Shown one piece after another: positions 6,478 through 10,335 of a stretch of DNA of 10,335 nt (within the stretch, counting starts at the first letter, position 1; each line of letters starts with the position of its first letter). The DNA is from Vulcanimicrobiota bacterium. Lineage in GTDB: Bacteria > Vulcanimicrobiota > Vulcanimicrobiia > Vulcanimicrobiales > Vulcanimicrobiaceae. The stretch is from positions 2,469 to 12,803 of the forward strand of contig PLCF01000023.1 of NCBI GenBank assembly GCA_003135555.1, given 5' to 3'. Below the pieces are notes generated by a model. It was not told the DNA's origin and searched no databases. It worked only from the letters and a program-made list of their open reading frames with translations. The translations under genes were made by a program, and so were the position numbers.

Positions 6478-6533
6478 CGGGCGCCGCTGTGGCTGCCCGA
6501 GGCGGCGACACACCATACTCCCGCGGGATCCCG

Positions 6534-7739
6534 TCACGCGCGCAGCCGCCGAGCCCGCCGGATTACCGTCGTGACGTTCAACGCCATCGCAATCACGCAG
6601 ACCAGCCCTGCGCCGCCGCCGAGCCACGCATATCCCCAAGATGCGCCCTCCGCACGCAATGCAGTACCGAACACCGCGAGCTGTGCGGCGACGAACGCGG
6701 CCCAACTCAGCGCGGGCGTGAGCAGCATCCAGGGCCGCGTTTCGTCGTCCTCACCGAGAATGTAGGTCGAGACAACCCGCACACCCAGATGGTGCAGGTG
6801 CGCGTTGACCATCTGCCCCAACCAGCCCGCGAGCGCGATCACGACCGCGGCGCGTCCCACGGCGGCACCCCAACTCGCCGACACCGCCAGTGTCGTCGCG
6901 AGGCCGAGCCAGACAACCGAGGCAGTCACGAAAGCGCGCGCCGCGGAGTGCGGTCCTCTTGACCGTCGCAGAATGTCGGCGGCGTCCACGGCGTACGCGA
7001 GCGCGCCGGCCGCAGCCACGACCACGCCGACGCGGAACAGTGGCGCCGACCACGGAGCGGCCGCGGCCGCGACGGCAGATCCTACCAGTAGGCCCGCACC
7101 GGCGAGCGCATGCGCGCCGGGCCATCGCGACTGCAGCCCCAAGAGCGGACGGAACGTCCGCGACGACACGCCGGCAGCGAGTACGGTCAGCCAGCCCACG
7201 ATCCCGATCACAGCGTGCGAGGGTGCGGCGGAAAGCAGCGTCGGATTCGCTCCCGCATACGCCCAGGCGAGCGCTGTGCCTAGGATCGAAGCCGCGGCCA
7301 ACGCGAGGATGGTCAGCGCTAGTCCGCGGGCGATCGTCGCCGATCGTCGGTCGGCGGCGGGCCCGCTCAGGGTCCACACCGCCAGCGTCGCGTAGAGAAC
7401 GATGGCCGCGCCGAGAACCGCGCCGGACGCAGCAACGGCGTTCGGCGCACCCGCTGCGAACGAGACCACCAGGGCCAAGGCACCCGCCGCGACGACGACG
7501 ACGGTGCCGCGCGCAACACCCTCCGCGCGCCACACGAGGTCGGTGAACCCGGGGATGACGTGCAAGAGCACGGCGAGCGCAACGAGGGTGAGCCATCCGA
7601 GTGCGACGGCGTGAACCCAGGCGAGCTCGACGCCGAAGGTCGGTTGAACGGCGTGTAGCAGCACGAGGCACCACGCGAGCGACTGGAAGCCCATGCCCGC
7701 CGCGAGCGGGATCGGTGGGATCCAGAAGCGAGCCTTCAT
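6534..7739 (-). CDS. Polytopic membrane protein (~12 TM), three-unit heme-copper-oxidase-homology (HCOH/NnrS-like) protein
   Basis: ATG 7739 overlaps the upstream TGA (ATGA coupling); 401 aa. Three internally similar blocks each contain GWL: WVHAVALGWL, PSHAVIGIVGWL, IALAGWLGQMVNAHLHHL. Confidence 0.75.
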   Translation of the reverse strand: MKARFWIPPIPLAAGMGFQSLAWCLVLLHAVQPTFGVELAWVHAVALGWLTLVALAVLLHVIPGFTDLVWRAEGVARGTVVVVAAGALALVVSFAAGAPNAVAASGAVLGAAIVLYATLAVWTLSGPAADRRSATIARGLALTILALAAASILGTALAWAYAGANPTLLSAAPSHAVIGIVGWLTVLAAGVSSRTFRPLLGLQSRWPGAHALAGAGLLVGSAVAAAAAPWSAPLFRVGVVVAAAGALAYAVDAADILRRSRGPHSAARAFVTASVVWLGLATTLAVSASWGAAVGRAAVVIALAGWLGQMVNAHLHHLGVRVVSTYILGEDDETRPWMLLTPALSWAAFVAAQLAVFGTALRAEGASWGYAWLGGGAGLVCVIAMALNVTTVIRRARRLRA

Positions 7740-8182
7740 CGTACGCCGGGTGCGGGGCGCGACGGGGCCCGAACGCGCTGCCACGCGATCAGCGCAAACG
7801 CCAGGATGGCGGCGAGTTGCGCGACCGCAGAAATGCACACGGCGACCCGTGGGACGAGCCCGGCACCCAGCATCGGCTCGAACGCGATGCGCAGCACGAG
7901 TCCGCCGTTGAGCAGCCCGTACACAAGGAGCGGGCCTCGCTTCGGGTACCGCCCAGCCGTTTCAGGGTAGCGGTCGCGCGCAAGCGGCAGCATCCATAGG
8001 GCGATCCCGACCACCACGTTCACGAGCCACCCGACAAACGCAAGGTGCGCGTGCTCAACCGCCCAGATGGGGCTCACCGCGATACCGAGGCTCTCAGCGA
8101 CTGCAAGTGCGGCGCCGACCGCGAAGGCGAGCAGAAGCGCGACGAGCGACGTCTTGACGAACAGGCGGCTCTCAAATGGCAT
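7736..8182 (-). CDS. Small 4-TM single-unit HCOH protein with HxH motif (often misannotated as cbb3 oxidase subunit I)
   Basis: 148 aa with four hydrophobic segments and EH44AH46LAFVGWLVNVVVGIALWMLP and LLNGGLVLR motifs. Confidence 0.8.
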   Translation of the reverse strand: MPFESRLFVKTSLVALLLAFAVGAALAVAESLGIAVSPIWAVEHAHLAFVGWLVNVVVGIALWMLPLARDRYPETAGRYPKRGPLLVYGLLNGGLVLRIAFEPMLGAGLVPRVAVCISAVAQLAAILAFALIAWQRVRAPSRPAPGVR

Positions 8183-8184
8183 CG

Positions 8185-8196
8185 TATGCTATTCTA
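8185..8196. promoter_or_regulatory. Adjacent -10-like hexamers on opposite strands (TAGAAT on minus, TATGCT on plus)
   Basis: Minus-strand TAGAAT (8191-8196) is 8 nt from ATG 8182, which has no SD. Plus-strand TATGCT at 8185-8190 points toward the oxidoreductase genes. This is the only AT-rich patch near this end of the spacer. Confidence 0.45.
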
Positions 8197-8323
8197 CGCG
8201 CGGACCGCAGCCGCTTGGTTCAGGCAGTTGGGCACGGGCGGTCCTCTTCTCGGCAGGCGTCCTGCTGCCGCGCGGGGGACATTCCTCCGTGGCCGGCAGC
8301 TTTGATGGAGAGGTGCTGCGACG

Positions 8324-8842
8324 ATGAATAAGGCCCCGATCGTGCTGGACGCATTTCTGATTCTTTCCGCGGGCGCGATTGCGCTCATGGTCGCGCTGGC
8401 GCTCGTCGGCGCTCGATCGCCGCTCCCGCAGGCGCAGGTCAGCGCGCGCGGATACGCGTTGCGCCGATGGTGGTTTGGCATCCTCACGGTCGCGGCCGTC
8501 GCCGTGTTCATCGTCACGGTGCCGTGGTTTCCATATCCCACTGCCTCGCAACTGGGCGCTGCCAAGCATTTCAGGATCGTGGCCCAACAGTACGCCTTCA
8601 TCCTCCCTCCGGTGATTCCGGCGCATACGCCCATCGTTTTCGACGTCACCGCGAAGGACGTGAACCACGGGTTCGGCATCTACGGCCCCGACGGTGCGGT
8701 GATCGCGCAGGTCCAGGCGATGCCCGACTACGTAAACCATCTGCCGCTCACGTTCGACCGCCCAGGTCACTATATCGTGCGCTGCATGGAGTATTGCGGC
8801 ATCGCGCACTCCGCGATGCAGGGAGGCTTTGAAGTCCGGTGA
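8324..8842 (+). CDS. norS: Heme-copper oxidoreductase subunit II with CuA site (sNOR-type NorS-like)
   Basis: Two N-terminal hydrophobic segments. CuA ligands DVNH115GF and C154MEYC158GIAH162SAM165. Short B-family-like subunit II with QAMP motif. SD GGAGAGG at 8307-8313. The symbol is inferred from the subunit I features. Confidence 0.85.
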   Translation: MNKAPIVLDAFLILSAGAIALMVALALVGARSPLPQAQVSARGYALRRWWFGILTVAAVAVFIVTVPWFPYPTASQLGAAKHFRIVAQQYAFILPPVIPAHTPIVFDVTAKDVNHGFGIYGPDGAVIAQVQAMPDYVNHLPLTFDRPGHYIVRCMEYCGIAHSAMQGGFEVR

Positions 8843-10335
8843 GCGCGATCGCTGCAACGCCCGCAACGCTGGCCTGGGAGCGCGCCGCGGCGGGCTCCGG
8901 CCGGCGCGTGATGTGGACCTACCTTCTCACGGGACTGGCCATCTTCGCATTGATGGTGCTCGTCGGCATCACCATGCGCGGGGAACAAGCAGGGTGGTTC
9001 ACATACGACCCCGGCACGTTCTACTCGCTGCTGACGCTGCACGGCATCGGGATGATCACCGCACTGGCGATCACCGGTCTTGGTACGCTCTGGTTCATGG
9101 TCCGACGCGAAACGGAGATGAGTGAACGCGTCGCGTACGTCGCCTACGGTTTCTTCGTCGCCGGCGTGCTCTGCGTCATCGTAAGCGTCTTTCCAGGCCG
9201 CGTCGGATCGCTCTGGACGATGCTGTATCCGCTCCCATTCGTGGGAGCAACCTGGCCGAGTTGGGCGACGGGCACGTATCTCGCGGGCACCTTACTGGTG
9301 ATGGTGGGTTTCACCATTTGGTGCGCGCAAGTGCTGGGCGCGCTCTTGGGGCGCTACGGCGGGCTGCGCGGGATGATGGGATGGGACTATGTGTTCCGCG
9401 GCCCCGCCTTCGCTGCTTCGGGAGCGCAGCCGCCCCCACCGCAGATGTTCGCCGCCGCAGTAACCGCCATTGACGGCTTGATCGGAGGAGCCGCCGGAAT
9501 GGCCGTGGCGATCGGGCTGTTCGTGCACTGGCTCGATCGGTCGGTCGAGCTTGACCCGCTGTGGGCGAAGAACCTCACATATCTGTTCGGCCACTCGTTC
9601 GCGAATCTCACGATGTACATGGCGGTCGCGGGCGTCTACGTCGGACTTCCGATCGTCACCAAGCGCGAGTACCACACATCGGTGCCGCTCACCATCGCGT
9701 GGTGGGGCACGCTCCTCTTCGTGATCGTTGCGTACTTCCATCACCTCTACATGGACTTCGCGCAGTGGCCAGGCGTGCAGTTCATCGGCGAGATCACGTC
9801 GTACGCTGCCGCGATACCCGTCGTCGTCGTCACCGTGTACGGCGGCGTCATGCTGGTCCATCGATCGGGCATGCGCTGGTCGCTCGGCGCGCTGTTTCTC
9901 TACGTAGGGATGATCGGCTGGGTGGTCGGCGGCACGGGTGCGGTGCTCGACGCAACCGTGCCGGTCAACGTCGACCTGCACAATACGCTGTGGGTGCCCG
10001 CGCACTTTCACACCTATTTGCTGCTCGGCGTCGTGCTCTTCACGCTAGGCTGGGTCTTCGTCAACCTCGAGCAGCGCAGCGGCGAGCGCAGTTCGCTCGC
10101 CGTGCGCTGGGTTGTGGGGGCGTTGCTTTTCGGCGGGGGCGGTTTGTTCGTGCTCGGCTTCTACACCGCAGGCGCCGCCGGCGTCCCGCGCCGGTATGCG
10201 ATGGAACCGCCGCCTGGGCCGGATATCGCAGGCTACGCGACTGCGGGCGCTATCGCGGTCTTGCTCGGCCTTCTCGTGGTTCTCGCGGAAGGGATTCGAC
10301 TCGCGCGCCGTCCCGCAGTTGAGGAGACACCGTGA
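8839..10335 (+). CDS. norY: Heme-copper oxidoreductase subunit I lacking the cross-linked Tyr; putative sNOR-family nitric oxide reductase (NorY-like)
   Basis: GTGA coupling to subunit II. All six His are present: H68 (TLHG), H252 (FGHSFAN), H301/H302 (YFHHLYMD), H389/H391 (HNTLWVPAHFH), plus GVPRRY. The H+4 position is Asn256 instead of Tyr. HCO subunit I call is very secure; the sNOR subfamily call is less so. Confidence 0.82.
   Translation: MSAIAATPATLAWERAAAGSGRRVMWTYLLTGLAIFALMVLVGITMRGEQAGWFTYDPGTFYSLLTLHGIGMITALAITGLGTLWFMVRRETEMSERVAYVAYGFFVAGVLCVIVSVFPGRVGSLWTMLYPLPFVGATWPSWATGTYLAGTLLVMVGFTIWCAQVLGALLGRYGGLRGMMGWDYVFRGPAFAASGAQPPPPQMFAAAVTAIDGLIGGAAGMAVAIGLFVHWLDRSVELDPLWAKNLTYLFGHSFANLTMYMAVAGVYVGLPIVTKREYHTSVPLTIAWWGTLLFVIVAYFHHLYMDFAQWPGVQFIGEITSYAAAIPVVVVTVYGGVMLVHRSGMRWSLGALFLYVGMIGWVVGGTGAVLDATVPVNVDLHNTLWVPAHFHTYLLLGVVLFTLGWVFVNLEQRSGERSSLAVRWVVGALLFGGGGLFVLGFYTAGAAGVPRRYAMEPPPGPDIAGYATAGAIAVLLGLLVVLAEGIRLARRPAVEETP
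10321..10335 (+). other. RBS and GTG start of a probable translationally coupled downstream gene
   Basis: GAGGAG at 10321-10326, 5-nt spacer, GTG at 10332-10334 overlapping the TGA stop, the same GTGA coupling as at 1399 and 8839. Confidence 0.55.

Noticed and set aside
7736..8182. Pseudogene fragment of a cbb3 oxidase subunit I
   Set aside because: It has a clean start, a candidate promoter, a coupled stop/start with the next gene and a self-contained 4-TM HxH unit, all consistent with an intact small protein.
8302..8315. FNR/DNR box at TTGAT
   Set aside because: Half-site only, with no ATCAA partner, and it abuts the SD.
4002..10335. attR copy of the tRNA 3' end or an integrase gene
   Set aside because: Only short chance matches to CCTCGGC were seen and no recombinase ORF is present.

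Overview
GC-rich bacterial chromosomal window. From left to right: (1) a minus-strand secreted-type protein with an Asn/Gly/Tyr/His-rich repetitive tail, cut off by the window edge and absent from the ORF track; (2) a NitT/TauT-family ABC ATPase and permease with no adjacent binding protein; (3) a GGDEF(GADEF)-EAL c-di-GMP protein whose stop codon lies inside the anticodon loop of tRNA-Phe(GAA); (4) a lower-GC islet after the tRNA, carrying a stand-alone Zn-finger/Endonuclease VII gene and a convergent membrane-anchored Vgb-like beta-propeller; (5) a DUF5069-like gene with a clean terminator; (6) a divergent heme-copper-fold locus. On the plus strand of that locus are a CuA subunit II and a subunit I whose cross-linking Tyr is replaced by Asn (GHSFAN), so it looks like an sNOR/bNOR-type nitric oxide reductase rather than an O2 reductase. 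On the minus strand is a coupled pair of heme-copper-oxidase-homology (HCOH/NnrS-like) membrane proteins, one single 4-TM unit and one three-unit protein. A recurring (A/G)GGN-N17-GAAC sigma-H-like motif and several apparently leaderless starts are also visible. All family assignments come from motif recognition by eye; no searches were run.
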